Below are positions 1 to 11,850 of a DNA stretch of 64,000 bases, one piece after another. The DNA lies in the NCBI GenBank assembly GCA_040904705.1, contig JBBDSY010000092.1:18684-82683 (forward strand), written 5' to 3'. This DNA is from Nitrospirales bacterium (lineage in GTDB: Bacteria > Nitrospirota > Nitrospiria > Nitrospirales > UBA8639). A program made the translations under genes and the position numbers. The notes under the pieces were generated by a model. It worked only from the letters and a program-made list of their open reading frames with translations, made no database searches and was not told the origin of the DNA. Each line of letters opens with the position of its first letter. The first letter of the stretch is position 1.

Positions 1-337
1 TAGGAATAATGCCGATATTGGTGGCATAGCCCGAACCCAATACCAGGGAGGCCTCTTCTTGAAAAAAATGGGCAAGAGCCAATTCAAGGTCATGATGTGG
101 GATGAGCGTCCCAGAAACTAACCGGGAAGCTCCGGCGCCCACCCCAAATTGCTCAATGGCCTTGTATGCGGCCTGTTTCAACTGCGCGTGATTCGCCAGC
201 CCTAAATAATCATTTGAAGCAAACTGGAGGGTGTTTTGCCCATCCAACAACATGACCGGGCCGCAAGACGAGCCCATGGGCGATACTTCTCGTAAAAGAT
301 GGTCTTGGGTTAATTGTTGAAGGATGGCCTTCCACAT
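1..337 (-). CDS. bioF: 8-amino-7-oxononanoate synthase, N-terminal part (runs off window start)
   Basis: Manual minus-strand translation from ATG 337 gives MWKAILQQ...QFASNDYLGLA...GVGAGASRLVSG...GSGYATNIG, typical BioF motifs. Absent from the ORF track because the stop lies outside the window. Confidence 0.9.
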   Translation of the reverse strand, partial: MWKAILQQLTQDHLLREVSPMGSSCGPVMLLDGQNTLQFASNDYLGLANHAQLKQAAYKAIEQFGVGAGASRLVSGTLIPHHDLELALAHFFQEEASLVLGSGYATNIGIIP

Positions 338-428
338 CAGTAAAAAGGTTCCATTTAGTGATTTTGGTGATTTCGAGAGGCTCGTTCCTTAATATTTCGT
401 AATCGAACAAATCCTGTTACAATACGTG

Positions 429-458
429 TTGACTTAAAAAAACGGCAAGGCTTACCAT
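429..458 (+). promoter_or_regulatory. Putative sigma70 promoter of the ilv-leu operon
   Basis: TTGACT (429-434), 18-nt spacer, TACCAT (453-458). Confidence 0.5.
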
Positions 459-599
459 TACGTATTTATTTTTCGGTGATTCTGTCTCCTGGTGGGGAAG
501 GGTCCACCGTGTGTAGGCCCTGACGGGAAGGTTAGGCCAAGCCCTGGCAGGAATTCGCGGAGTATCTTTCAACTGTCTTTTAATCCAAAGGTGAGCATC

Positions 600-2375
600 A
601 TGCAACTGACTGGAGCGGAAATTTTCCTCGAATCGTTAAAATGTGAAGGAGTCGATACGATTTTTGCCTTGCCGGGCGGCGTGGTCTTGAAAATTTTCGA
701 TGTCTTGCATCAGCAGAAGGATATTCGCGTCATCCTGACTCGTCACGAGCAAGGGGCGGGACTCATGGCGGAAGGCTACGCCAAAGCGACGGGCAAACCC
801 GGTGTGGCCTTGATTACCTCTGGGCCAGGGATGACGAATGTGATTACGGCGTTGGCTGATGCCTATATGGATTCTGTGCCCATTGTCTGTTTTTCTGGAC
901 AAGTCCCGACTCCCTTGATCGGGAATGATGCGTTCCAAGAAGCTGACAACATTGGTTTGAGCCGTCCATGCACCAAGTACAACTTTTTGGTCAAGGATGT
1001 GAACGATTTGGCCCAAACGATTAAGGAAGCGTTTTATATCGCGACGACCGGAAGGCCTGGTCCCGTCTTAGTTGATATTCCTAAAGATATTTCCCTGGAT
1101 AAGGGTGAGTTCCATTATCCAAAATCCGTTTCCATCCGGGGCTATAACCCGACATACGATGGGAGTAAATGGAAGATCAAGCAGGCAGCTGATGCGATTA
1201 TGAAATCCAAACGGCCGATTCTTTATATCGGTGGTGGAGTGCAATTTTCCGGGGCATCCGCGGAAGTGAAAGAATTGGCAGAAATGACCCATATCCCTGT
1301 GGATATGACGTTAATGGCCTTAGGAGCTTTCCCGGGAAAGCATCCGTTGTCCCTGGGTATGTTAGGGATGCATGGGACCTATGTGGCCAATATGGCTATG
1401 CATTACTCCGATCTGGTCATTGCGGTCGGCGCGCGATTTGATGATCGAGTAACGGGGAAAGTGTCGGAGTTTTGTCCAACCGCAAAAATCATTCATATTG
1501 ATATTGATCCCACATCGATCCGGAAAAACATTCAGGTGGACATTCCCATCGTTGGGGATTGCAAACGCGTACTCATCGAACTGAATGATATTCTGCGGGC
1601 CACAGTCAATGGCAATCAAAAAGAACAGCGCAAGCCTTGGTGGGATCAACTGGAGGCCTGGCAGCAGGCGCACCCCCTGGCCTATGACCAGGAGCCGGAC
1701 GCCCAAATTAAGCCACAATATCTGATTGACCGGTTGTATGAATTGACGACTGATCGTGACCCGATCTTGTCCACCGATGTCGGCCAGCATCAAATGTGGG
1801 CAGCCCAATATTTTAAACTCCAAAACGCCCGGACCTGGTTGACGTCTGGTGGATTGGGAACCATGGGCTTTGGGTTTCCGGCTGCTATGGGTGCGCAGGC
1901 CGCCTTCCCGAAGCGGTTGGTGTTGTGTATTGCCGGAGATGGCAGTATTCAAATGAACACACAAGAATTAGCCACGGCGGTGATTGAAAAATTACCGGTG
2001 AAAGTGTTTGTGATTAATAACCGCTTTCATGGCATGGTTCGCCAATGGCAGGACTTATTCTATGAGGGACGGTATGCCTCCAGTTATCTGGGCAATGTGC
2101 CGGACTTTGTAAAATTAGCCGAGGCGTATGGTGCTGCGGGAATCCGTATTGAAAAGGTCGGCGATGTGGATGCCGGCATTCAAGAGGCACTCGCCATTGA
2201 TCGACCTGTGTTTGTGGATGTCCCTGTGTATCGATATGAAAATTGTTATCCCATGATTCCCGCTGGAGGGAGTAATCACGAAATGCTGTTGGAGGACCCC
2301 CCACATTTACAGAAATCAAAGTCCACACATAAAACGGCTGCTCAAGCAGATTCCGATACCGTGCTGACGGCTTAG
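600..2375 (+). CDS. ilvB: Acetolactate synthase large subunit
   Basis: RHEQGAG, TSGPG, TPP-binding GDGSIQMN motif; start taken at ATG 600 (MQLTGAEIF). Confidence 0.97.
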   Translation: MQLTGAEIFLESLKCEGVDTIFALPGGVVLKIFDVLHQQKDIRVILTRHEQGAGLMAEGYAKATGKPGVALITSGPGMTNVITALADAYMDSVPIVCFSGQVPTPLIGNDAFQEADNIGLSRPCTKYNFLVKDVNDLAQTIKEAFYIATTGRPGPVLVDIPKDISLDKGEFHYPKSVSIRGYNPTYDGSKWKIKQAADAIMKSKRPILYIGGGVQFSGASAEVKELAEMTHIPVDMTLMALGAFPGKHPLSLGMLGMHGTYVANMAMHYSDLVIAVGARFDDRVTGKVSEFCPTAKIIHIDIDPTSIRKNIQVDIPIVGDCKRVLIELNDILRATVNGNQKEQRKPWWDQLEAWQQAHPLAYDQEPDAQIKPQYLIDRLYELTTDRDPILSTDVGQHQMWAAQYFKLQNARTWLTSGGLGTMGFGFPAAMGAQAAFPKRLVLCIAGDGSIQMNTQELATAVIEKLPVKVFVINNRFHGMVRQWQDLFYEGRYASSYLGNVPDFVKLAEAYGAAGIRIEKVGDVDAGIQEALAIDRPVFVDVPVYRYENCYPMIPAGGSNHEMLLEDPPHLQKSKSTHKTAAQADSDTVLTA

Positions 2376-2388
2376 GTAAAAAGAAATT

Positions 2389-2910
2389 ATGGAACATATT
2401 ATTTCGTTAACCTTAGAAAATAAATTTGGCTCATTGTCTCGTGTGGCTGGACTGTTCAGTGGCCGAGGGTTCAACATTGAAAGCCTGTCTGTGGCTCCGT
2501 CATTGGATCCCTCGGTTTCCATGATGACGATTGTCACCAATGGAGATGAACGTGTGATTGAACAGATCATGAAACAGCTGAATAAGGTCATCGATATCAT
2601 CAAGGTGGTTGATGTCAGCGAAAGTGAGTTTGTGGAGCGTGAGACGGCTCTGATTAAGGTGCATACTCGTCCCGAAGATCGTGCGGAAGCCTTGCGAATT
2701 GCGGATATTTTTCGAGCCAATATCCTGGATTCCTCTCCGACGAGCTATACCATTGAAGTCACGGGGGATGTGAGAAAGGTCCAAGCCATCATTAACTTAC
2801 TGTTGCCGCTTGGTATCAAAGAATTGGTGCGGACAGGCCGGATTGCGATCGGCCGAGAGCCTACACGTCCCGCACAAGCCCAACCCCGACCGCTTGCGAA
2901 AGCGAACTAA
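2389..2910 (+). CDS. ilvN: Acetolactate synthase small (regulatory) subunit
   Basis: ENKFGSLSRVAGLFSGRGFNIESL ACT domain, directly after ilvB. Confidence 0.96.
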   Translation: MEHIISLTLENKFGSLSRVAGLFSGRGFNIESLSVAPSLDPSVSMMTIVTNGDERVIEQIMKQLNKVIDIIKVVDVSESEFVERETALIKVHTRPEDRAEALRIADIFRANILDSSPTSYTIEVTGDVRKVQAIINLLLPLGIKELVRTGRIAIGREPTRPAQAQPRPLAKAN

Positions 2911-2934
2911 TCAGAACGACCCACTCGGCTTTGA

Positions 2935-4023
<1,089 letters not shown>

Positions 4024-4038
4024 TGAGAAATTGCGCGC

Positions 4039-4704
4039 ATGGTTGATCGGGCCGCAGGCATTCCCGTCGCCAAAGAAGGTCTTCCCTTTATTCTCATAGG
4101 GGGCATTCTTACCCTCGGTGCCTGGGCAATGGGAGGCGTCTGGTCGACTTGTGTATTAGGGTTACTGACTCTATTTACGACATGGTTTTTTCGAAATCCA
4201 GCCCGTGAGATTCCTCCCGGTGCGCATGTGATCGTTTCTCCCGGGGATGGGACGGTCGTGGCGGTCGAATCGGAATTTGAGCATCGGTATTTGAAAGAAC
4301 AAAGTATTCGCATTAGCATTTTTCTGAATGTGTTTAATGTTCATATTAATAGAGTGCCCATTGGTGGACGTGTGGAAAATGTGGTCTACCAACCCGGAAA
4401 ATTCATGAAGGCTAATCATCCCGACGCGTCCCATGGCAACGAACAAAATGCCTTAATGTTGCGTCGATCTGACGGCGTCAAAGTGTTGTGTGTGCAAATT
4501 GCCGGATTGGTTGCGCGACGTATCGTGTCCTGGGTGGTGCCGGGAGATCATGTCGAAAAAGGCGAACGATTTGGGCTTATACGTTTTGGCTCACGGATGG
4601 ATGTCTACCTTCCGCAATCAAGTGTCATCCGAGTCCAGGTTGGATCGAAAGTGAAAGGTGGATCCTCAATATTAGGGGAGGTGCCATGCGCGGAACCTTT
4701 ATGA
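4039..4704 (+). CDS. psd: Phosphatidylserine decarboxylase proenzyme
   Basis: FFRNP, NVHINRVP, IRFGSRMD self-cleavage motif. Confidence 0.95.
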   Translation: MVDRAAGIPVAKEGLPFILIGGILTLGAWAMGGVWSTCVLGLLTLFTTWFFRNPAREIPPGAHVIVSPGDGTVVAVESEFEHRYLKEQSIRISIFLNVFNVHINRVPIGGRVENVVYQPGKFMKANHPDASHGNEQNALMLRRSDGVKVLCVQIAGLVARRIVSWVVPGDHVEKGERFGLIRFGSRMDVYLPQSSVIRVQVGSKVKGGSSILGEVPCAEPL

Positions 4705-5471
4705 AGCAACCACGAAGACGACGAGTCGTTTCCCTCATTCCCAATATTTTGACCACTGGAAATTTGTTCAGTGGACTCGCCGCGATACTTTTTGTGTTGG
4801 GAGAAAACTTTGAGGCTGCCGCGATCGCCATTCTGGTGGCCATTGTCTTTGATGTGCTGGATGGGACGACGGCGCGCCTCATGAAAAGTACCAGTGATTT
4901 TGGTTTGCAATATGATTCATTGGGTGATGTGGTGTCCTTTGGCGTGGCTCCGGGCTTGTTGATGTATGTGTGGGCACTGAGCCCGCCAAAAATGCTGGGT
5001 GCGGCTGTCATGTTTGCGTTTGTGGCCTGTGGCGCACTTCGCTTGGCGCGGCACAACGTCCTTGCGGCCACCAATAATCATGGGAAGCCATTCACCGGGC
5101 TTCCTATCCCTGGAGCGGCAGGCGTCATTGCCACGTTGATCATCTTTGATCATCATGTGGTGGCGTTAGGAGCAAGTGTGAAGCCAATTCTTGGCATTGT
5201 CCTCACGCTTTCCTTGGCGTTTTTGATGGTGAGCACCTTTCGGTATCGCAGTTTAAAGGAATTAAAAGCCCAGGAGCATCATCATTTTAATTATTTAGTA
5301 TATGCCGTGCTCATTTTCATGGCCGTGCTGGCCTATCCTCAGGCCATGCTATTTGTGGCTTTTGCGGTCTATACGTTATCCGGAGTCGCCGAGCAGGGAT
5401 GGAAATTCATTGCGGGTCTGACGGGAGAGAAATCCAAAACAGACGCCACATCGGATGAGTTTCACAAATAA
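4686..5471 (+). CDS. pssA: CDP-diacylglycerol--serine O-phosphatidyltransferase
   Basis: DVLDGTTAR...FGLQYDSLGD CDP-alcohol phosphotransferase motif, RLAR; ATG 4686 follows GGGGAGG. Confidence 0.95.
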   Translation: MRGTFMKQPRRRRVVSLIPNILTTGNLFSGLAAILFVLGENFEAAAIAILVAIVFDVLDGTTARLMKSTSDFGLQYDSLGDVVSFGVAPGLLMYVWALSPPKMLGAAVMFAFVACGALRLARHNVLAATNNHGKPFTGLPIPGAAGVIATLIIFDHHVVALGASVKPILGIVLTLSLAFLMVSTFRYRSLKELKAQEHHHFNYLVYAVLIFMAVLAYPQAMLFVAFAVYTLSGVAEQGWKFIAGLTGEKSKTDATSDEFHK

Positions 5472-5532
5472 TGGGGATAGACAAGACAACCATGAAACCA
5501 TATAAGCGAGCCCGGCAAAGAGGGCCCCAGTC

Positions 5533-7080
5533 ATGACGCGAACGATTCGGATATTTGATACGACGTTGCGGGATGGAGAGCAGTCTCCAGGCGCCAGCAT
5601 GAATATCGAAGAAAAGCTCTTGGTCGCCAAGCAATTGGCCCGATTGAATGTGGATATTATCGAAGCGGGGTTTGCGTTCAGCTCGCCAGGCGATTTTGAA
5701 GCGATTCGTCGTATTGCCCAAGAAGTCGAAGGCCCCGTGATTTGTAGCCTGGCTCGTGCTAAGCCTGAAGATATTGATCGAGCCTGGGAGGCTCTCAAAG
5801 GTGCGCCTAAATGCCGCATCCACACATTTTTGTCGTCCTCAGACATTCATCTCAAACATCAATTTCGGATGACTCGGGATGAAGCGTTGAAGCGGGCCGT
5901 CGAAATGGTTCGCCATGCACGAAGTTATGTCACCGATGTGGAATATTCTCCCATGGATGCTACGCGCTCGGATCTTTCGTATCTTTGCGAAGTGGTGGAG
6001 GCAGTTGTGGAAGCGGGAGCAGGTACGGTCAATATTCCGGATACGGTGGGGTATACCACGCCACAAGAATTTGGCGAGCTGATTCGGGCCTTGCGCGAAC
6101 GGGTTCGAGGTATGGATCAGGCGGTCATCTCCGTTCATTGTCATAATGATTTGGGCTTAGCCGTGGCCAATTCCATGGCCGCCATTCATGCCGGTGCAGG
6201 GCAGGTGGAATGCACCATTAATGGCATTGGAGAACGGGCCGGAAATGCCTCGTTGGAAGAAATCGCAATGGGATTGCGTACACGCAAGGATTTTTATCAA
6301 GCCGATACCCAGATTCACACGGAAGAAATTTCTAAATCCAGTCGCTTAGTGAGTCAGATCACGGGCATGCTCGTGCAGCCGAATAAGGCTATTGTGGGTG
6401 CCAATGCGTTTGCCCATACTTCTGGGATTCATCAAGACGGATTGCTGAAAGATAAAAATACGTATGAAATTATTCGTCCAGAAACAATCGGGTTGACGCA
6501 AAGCCGTTCAGTGATGGGAAAATTGTCCGGTCGCCATGCTTTTCGGGAGGAACTGGCAAAGTTAGGCTACAGGTTGTCTGATGAAGAGCTCCAGGAAGCC
6601 TTTGGCCGATTCAAGCGATTAGCTGATCAGAAAAAAGAATTATTTGAAGAAGATTTGGAATCTATTGTCAATAAAGCGGTGACGAAGGTGCCTGAACGGT
6701 TTTCATTGAAAGGATTACGAGTGGAGAGTGGGTTGAATGTACCACCCTCCGCGAGCGTAGAACTTCTCATCAATGATCAACTCGTGAGTCAAACTGGAAG
6801 AGGCGATGGACCGGTAGATGCGGTCTACCGTACGATTGCCTCCTTAACGGAAACGAAAAGCCACTTGCGGGCCTATATCGTGAAAGCCATCACGGGTGGC
6901 ACCGATGCACAGGGAGAAGTCTCCGTACGGGTCGAAGAAAATGGAGAAGTCGTGACGGGTCATGGTTCGGATACGGATATTATCGTTGCGTCTGCGCATG
7001 CCTACCTCAATGCGCTCAATAAATTAGCCGATTTAGTGGAACGTCATGCCAGAGCTGAACAAAAAGTCGGGTTGTGTTAA
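5533..7080 (+). CDS. leuA: 2-isopropylmalate synthase
   Basis: DTTLRDGEQ, HCHNDLG, GERAGN, C-terminal regulatory domain. Confidence 0.98.
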   Translation: MTRTIRIFDTTLRDGEQSPGASMNIEEKLLVAKQLARLNVDIIEAGFAFSSPGDFEAIRRIAQEVEGPVICSLARAKPEDIDRAWEALKGAPKCRIHTFLSSSDIHLKHQFRMTRDEALKRAVEMVRHARSYVTDVEYSPMDATRSDLSYLCEVVEAVVEAGAGTVNIPDTVGYTTPQEFGELIRALRERVRGMDQAVISVHCHNDLGLAVANSMAAIHAGAGQVECTINGIGERAGNASLEEIAMGLRTRKDFYQADTQIHTEEISKSSRLVSQITGMLVQPNKAIVGANAFAHTSGIHQDGLLKDKNTYEIIRPETIGLTQSRSVMGKLSGRHAFREELAKLGYRLSDEELQEAFGRFKRLADQKKELFEEDLESIVNKAVTKVPERFSLKGLRVESGLNVPPSASVELLINDQLVSQTGRGDGPVDAVYRTIASLTETKSHLRAYIVKAITGGTDAQGEVSVRVEENGEVVTGHGSDTDIIVASAHAYLNALNKLADLVERHARAEQKVGLC

Positions 7081-7237
7081 CGCGGAAAATCCGTTCCCCT
7101 GACACTGTCAGTAATGCACAGGCCCTGCCGTTATCTTCATTTCTACAAACGGATTGTTCATCATAGGATGGAGGAAACCTAGAGATCGTTGGTTGCGATC
7201 TTGTCAGTCTTATTGATTCTTGTTTAGTGGAGGAGTG

Positions 7238-8320
7238 ATGCGTAGACGAATTGGGGTGTTACCTGGTGATGGCATCGGCTCGGAAATCATGCCACAGGCG
7301 GTCCGGGTGTTGGAGACCATTGGACAGGTTTGTGGACACACGTTTGAATTGACTTCGGCGCAAGTTGGGGGCGCCGCGATAGATGCGACAGGATTCCCGT
7401 TACCACCGGAAACGTTGGAATTAGCCAAGGCCAGTGATGCAGTCCTTCTCGGGGCTGTGGGCGGTCCTAAATGGGAAGGGTTGGATTATGAACGACGACC
7501 TGAACGAGCGCTATTAGGATTGCGTGAACAACTTGGTCTCTTCGCTAATCTTCGACCCGCAAAAATGTATTCGTCTTTGATCGAAGCGTCCAGCTTGAAG
7601 CCGGAGATCATTGCAGGCATTGATGTCCTCGTGGTCCGTGAGTTGACTGGCGGGATTTATTTCGGACAACCGAAAGGCATCGAAACAACTGCGACGGGGC
7701 ATCGAGGGTTTAATACCGAAGTGTATACAACTGAAGAAATTCGCCGGATTGCCGTCGTGGCGTTTGAGGCCGCGAAAAAACGACGAGGGTTGGTGCATTC
7801 GATTGACAAGGCTAATGTCTTGGAGTCTTCAGAGCTGTGGCGCCGGGAGGTCATCAAGGTTCATGAGAAATTTCCGGATGTCGAATTACGTCATATGTAT
7901 GTGGACAACTGCGCGATGCAATTGGTCCGCTATCCGAAACAGTTCGATGTGATTGTGACGACCAATTTATTTGGCGATATCTTAAGCGATGAGGCGGCCA
8001 TGCTCACCGGGTCAATCGGGATGCTTCCCTCAGCCAGCGTGGGTGCGACGGTTGGGATGTTTGAGCCCATTCATGGTAGTGCCCCCGATATCGCAGGGAA
8101 GAATCTTGCCAATCCTATCGGGATGATCGCTTCCGTGGCGATGATGTTGACCTATGCCTGCGATTTACCCAACGAAGCGCAATTCATTGAGACGGCGATT
8201 CAGAAGACATTGGAGCAAGGATATCGAACGAAAGATATTGAAGGCCCTGGGACCACACTCTTGGGCACTCGAGAAATGGGCGATCAGATCGTAAAGCAAT
8301 TGAAAGCGGTCGTGGCATGA
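7238..8320 (+). CDS. leuB: 3-isopropylmalate dehydrogenase
   Basis: [29 protein letters not shown]; start ATG 7238 after GGAGG. Confidence 0.97.
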   Translation: MRRRIGVLPGDGIGSEIMPQAVRVLETIGQVCGHTFELTSAQVGGAAIDATGFPLPPETLELAKASDAVLLGAVGGPKWEGLDYERRPERALLGLREQLGLFANLRPAKMYSSLIEASSLKPEIIAGIDVLVVRELTGGIYFGQPKGIETTATGHRGFNTEVYTTEEIRRIAVVAFEAAKKRRGLVHSIDKANVLESSELWRREVIKVHEKFPDVELRHMYVDNCAMQLVRYPKQFDVIVTTNLFGDILSDEAAMLTGSIGMLPSASVGATVGMFEPIHGSAPDIAGKNLANPIGMIASVAMMLTYACDLPNEAQFIETAIQKTLEQGYRTKDIEGPGTTLLGTREMGDQIVKQLKAVVA

Positions 8321-9525
8321 TGGATCAGTGCCCAAAAGGAGTATTGACGACGGTGGCCGGGTGCGGAGAGCCGGGCTACCGTGGGGATGGAGCCCTGGCC
8401 ATTAGGGCATATTTGAATGAACCTAAAAATCTTGTCTTCGATGCTGAGGGGAATTTATATATTGCCGATTCGGAAAATCATGCGATTCGGCGTGTCATGC
8501 GCTCGACGGGGCTGATTGAAACGGTGGCTGGCTCCGTTCCTCTCCAATCAGTTCATGCCGAAAGTCCTCCCCCACCCGTGGAGCGTGAGGAGGTCGCTGA
8601 AGAGGTCGATCCTCTGGCCGATGTCGACGATAGTCCGGAACGCGCGTATACCCAAACACCGGATTTAAGCGGGACGGTTCGGTATGTGGTCGGACAAGGG
8701 ATGGGAAGAGAGCGCTTCGCGGGAGATGGTGGTTTGGCTACCAAGGCTCTTTTGAATTTTCCCTCGGCAGTCGCGGTGGATCAAAGCGGGGCATTATTTA
8801 TTGCGGATACGTTGAATCACCGTGTTCGTCGAGTTGATCCTCAGACGGGAACGATCCAAACGGTCGTTGGAACAGGACAGACTAAATGGAGTGGTGATGG
8901 TGGATCAGGCATGGACACGACGTTGAATGAGCCCGTGGCCTTGGCCATCCATGGGACATCTCTGTACATTGCCGATCAAAGTAACAATCGAATCCGCATG
9001 CTGGATCTTACCACACAGGTGATGACCACGGTTGCTGGAACAGGGGATTCGGGGTACAACGGCGATGGTATGCCCGCAACGGAATCGGGATTAGCTGGCC
9101 CGAGTGGGTTGGCACTTGATGCCGTAGGGAACCTGTACGTGGCCGATACCTTTAACGGGCGGATTCGGAAAATCGACAAAGACACGGGAATCATTGCAAC
9201 GGTTGCCGGGGACGGAGCAGAATTTCGCTATGAGCGGGGAGCCAATGAACGAGCCTCCGCGTTATCCCGGCCGTATGGAATTGCGATGACGATGGAACAT
9301 TGTGTGCTCATTACCGATTCAGATAACCATCTTCTCAGGCAATGGGATCCGCAGAAAAAAGAAATGAGTCTGGTCGCTGGGATTGGTCAAGCGATGTTCT
9401 CTGGCGATGAAACGGTCCCTTCCGAGAGCGCACTGAATTTTCCCTTTGGCGTGGCCGTCGATTCTTTAGGGAATGTGGCCATTGCGGATACCTTTAATCA
9501 TCGCATTCGCTACATCCGGGCATAA
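8317..9525 (+). CDS. NHL-repeat beta-propeller protein
   Basis: Repeated P-x-x-LA-x-D-x-x-G-x-LYIAD-x-x-N-x-RIR units; ATGA overlap with leuB. Confidence 0.9.
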   Translation: MMDQCPKGVLTTVAGCGEPGYRGDGALAIRAYLNEPKNLVFDAEGNLYIADSENHAIRRVMRSTGLIETVAGSVPLQSVHAESPPPPVEREEVAEEVDPLADVDDSPERAYTQTPDLSGTVRYVVGQGMGRERFAGDGGLATKALLNFPSAVAVDQSGALFIADTLNHRVRRVDPQTGTIQTVVGTGQTKWSGDGGSGMDTTLNEPVALAIHGTSLYIADQSNNRIRMLDLTTQVMTTVAGTGDSGYNGDGMPATESGLAGPSGLALDAVGNLYVADTFNGRIRKIDKDTGIIATVAGDGAEFRYERGANERASALSRPYGIAMTMEHCVLITDSDNHLLRQWDPQKKEMSLVAGIGQAMFSGDETVPSESALNFPFGVAVDSLGNVAIADTFNHRIRYIRA

Positions 9526-9535
9526 GAGTGACAAC

Positions 9536-10549
9536 ATGAACACGAAAAAAACAGCCTATAGGGTTGCGGTTGTCGGGGCGACTGGAGCGGTGGGAACCGA
9601 AATGATTCAGGTGTTGGAGGAGCGCGGGTTCCCTGTTGGCGAATTAGTTCCCTTGGCTTCGGCTCGATCGCAGGGGAGCGAGGTGACCTTTCGTGGTCAG
9701 GATATTCCCGTCAAGGTCCTTGATGCTGATTCTTTCAACGGAGTCGATTTGGCGTTGTTTTCGGCCGGGGCGAGTGTCAGTAAAGAATTTGGCCCGGTTG
9801 CGGTGAAAGCGGGAGCGGTCGTCGTCGACAATAGTTCGGCATGGCGGATGGATCCTACTGTGCCGTTGGTTGTTCCCGAAGTCAATGTCTTGGCTCTTGA
9901 CAAGCACCAGGGGTTGATAGCGAATCCCAACTGTTCAACCATCCAAATGGTCGTCGCGCTCAAGCCCTTGCACGATGCGGTGAGGATCAAACGGATTGTG
10001 GTGACCACATTTCAGTCTGTATCGGGAACCGGCAAAGAGGCCATGGATGAATTGGCTGAACAATCCCGGAAATTGTTGGGGTTTGGAGAAGCCTACGCGG
10101 AAGTCTATCCGTATCAGATTGCCTTTAATTGTTTGCCTCACATCGATGAGTTTTTGCCCAGCGGGTATACGAAAGAAGAAATGAAAATGGTGCATGAAAC
10201 GCAAAAGATTTTCGGCGATTCATCCATACAGGTAACGGCCACCACGGTTCGAGTGCCGGTCTTTGTGTGTCACGCTGAGGCCGTCAATATTGAAACCGAG
10301 AGAAAACTGAGTGCCAACGAAGCCAGGGCTCTCTTGGCAGTGGCCCCTGGTGTCCAAGTCTATGATGATCCCACTCGCAACATCTATCCACTGCCTATTG
10401 ATGTCGTCGGCTCGGATGACGTGTATGTTGGACGCATCCGGGAAGATGAGTCGATCCCCAACGGGTTAAATTTATGGGTTGTCGCCGATAATTTACGAAA
10501 AGGCGCCGCCTTAAATGCCGTGCAGATCGCGGAAGTTCTCTTCCGGTGA
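9536..10549 (+). CDS. asd: Aspartate-semialdehyde dehydrogenase
   Basis: VGATGAVG, ANPNCSTIQ, DNLRKGAA. Confidence 0.97.
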   Translation: MNTKKTAYRVAVVGATGAVGTEMIQVLEERGFPVGELVPLASARSQGSEVTFRGQDIPVKVLDADSFNGVDLALFSAGASVSKEFGPVAVKAGAVVVDNSSAWRMDPTVPLVVPEVNVLALDKHQGLIANPNCSTIQMVVALKPLHDAVRIKRIVVTTFQSVSGTGKEAMDELAEQSRKLLGFGEAYAEVYPYQIAFNCLPHIDEFLPSGYTKEEMKMVHETQKIFGDSSIQVTATTVRVPVFVCHAEAVNIETERKLSANEARALLAVAPGVQVYDDPTRNIYPLPIDVVGSDDVYVGRIREDESIPNGLNLWVVADNLRKGAALNAVQIAEVLFR

Positions 10550-10562
10550 TACAAGATGACTG

Positions 10563-11828
10563 ATGGGCAACGATGAGAAACTTCTGTGGTGTCGGCCTCG
10601 CCTGCGTGAGCGGAACACGTCTGTGAGGGGCAGGGGCAATCTCGTTGCCAGTGCGATATTCCTCTTTTTTTCTTCTGTCCTCTTTCCCGTGGTCAGTTTT
10701 GGCAACGCGGAACATGCCATCCGGCTCGGGTTAACCGATTCAGCTAGGATCCTCTCCGTTCATGCTTCCTCACCTTTTATCCTGAAGCTCCCCTCCGGCA
10801 AACGGTTCAGGATTTCAGAGAAGGTGACGATCCAGCTGCAAAGAGACACATTGCTCCTGAATAATCGAGTGGTCCCGGCCTCAGCCGTATCAGTGCAGGG
10901 GGGAGATGGAGTCTTTCACGTCACCGTTCTTGCCATGGCTGACAAGGCGTTGGGGAAGAATGCTAAAAAAAGTTGGACGGTTCACGGACCGCTGGACATT
11001 CAATCCGTCCCATCTGGGTTAGCGGTCGTCAATCGAATTAATCTTGAAACCTATGTGGCAGGTGTGGTTTCAGGGGAAGTCAGCCCTAAGTGGCCGATTG
11101 AAGCATTGAAAGCGCAAGCGGTGGCGGCTCGCACCTACGTGCTCTATAAGCAGGTTGAGAATCAATTGCAACCCTTCGATGTGTTCGCCAGCGTCCAAGA
11201 CCAAGTGTATCATGGCCATGCTGCCCGAGCGGAATCCGTGCTTCAAGCTGTGGAAGAAACCCGAGGGCAGGTCGTGACGCATGATCATCGCCCCATCTAT
11301 GCCGCCTATTCGTCCACGGCTGCCGGTCCGACAGAAGATGCGCTGTATGTGTGGGCATTAGATTTACCCTATTTAAAAGGGGTGGATTGTCCGTTTGATG
11401 ACCAAGCTCCACGCTATGATTGGCGGACCGCATTTACGTTGGATTATTTAGAGCATCAGTTGCGACAGGAAGGTTATGCGGTTGGCACGGTGGCCACGCT
11501 CACGCCGTATACATTTACCCCATCGGGTCGTGTCGATCGAGTGCGTCTATTACATTCGAGAGGAGAAATCATTTTACGAGGGCAGGACCTGCGACGGATT
11601 GTCGGATATTCAAAAATTTTCAGTACGAACTTTTCGATCACATCGGTGGGAGCCGAAGTCGTGGTGGTGGGGCATGGCGCCGGTCATGCGGTTGGTATGT
11701 GTCAGTGGGGGATGCGGGAAATGGCTGAGTTGGGCTATGACTATCAATCGATCTTACGGCATTACTATCCTGGCACGACGCTTCTTCCGTTACGTCGCGT
11801 CAATTTCACTCCTTCAGGCCACCCCTGA
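10563..11828 (+). CDS. SpoIID/LytB-domain lytic transglycosylase
   Basis: EALKAQAVAARTY, DQVY, GHAVGMCQWG, ILRHYYPG; start uncertain. Confidence 0.9.
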   Translation: MGNDEKLLWCRPRLRERNTSVRGRGNLVASAIFLFFSSVLFPVVSFGNAEHAIRLGLTDSARILSVHASSPFILKLPSGKRFRISEKVTIQLQRDTLLLNNRVVPASAVSVQGGDGVFHVTVLAMADKALGKNAKKSWTVHGPLDIQSVPSGLAVVNRINLETYVAGVVSGEVSPKWPIEALKAQAVAARTYVLYKQVENQLQPFDVFASVQDQVYHGHAARAESVLQAVEETRGQVVTHDHRPIYAAYSSTAAGPTEDALYVWALDLPYLKGVDCPFDDQAPRYDWRTAFTLDYLEHQLRQEGYAVGTVATLTPYTFTPSGRVDRVRLLHSRGEIILRGQDLRRIVGYSKIFSTNFSITSVGAEVVVVGHGAGHAVGMCQWGMREMAELGYDYQSILRHYYPGTTLLPLRRVNFTPSGHP

Positions 11829-11850
11829 AAGACCCCTTCTTGGGTTGGCC

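Noticed and set aside
4039-5471. psd-pssA inside the ilv-leu operon
   Set aside because: This gene order is common in several bacterial groups; not novel.
11476-11850. Long N-terminal extension of QueA in the ORF track (likewise for ilvB, pssA, asd, LysR)
   Set aside because: Artefact of upstream alternative starts overlapping neighbouring genes or promoters; the conserved N-termini begin later.
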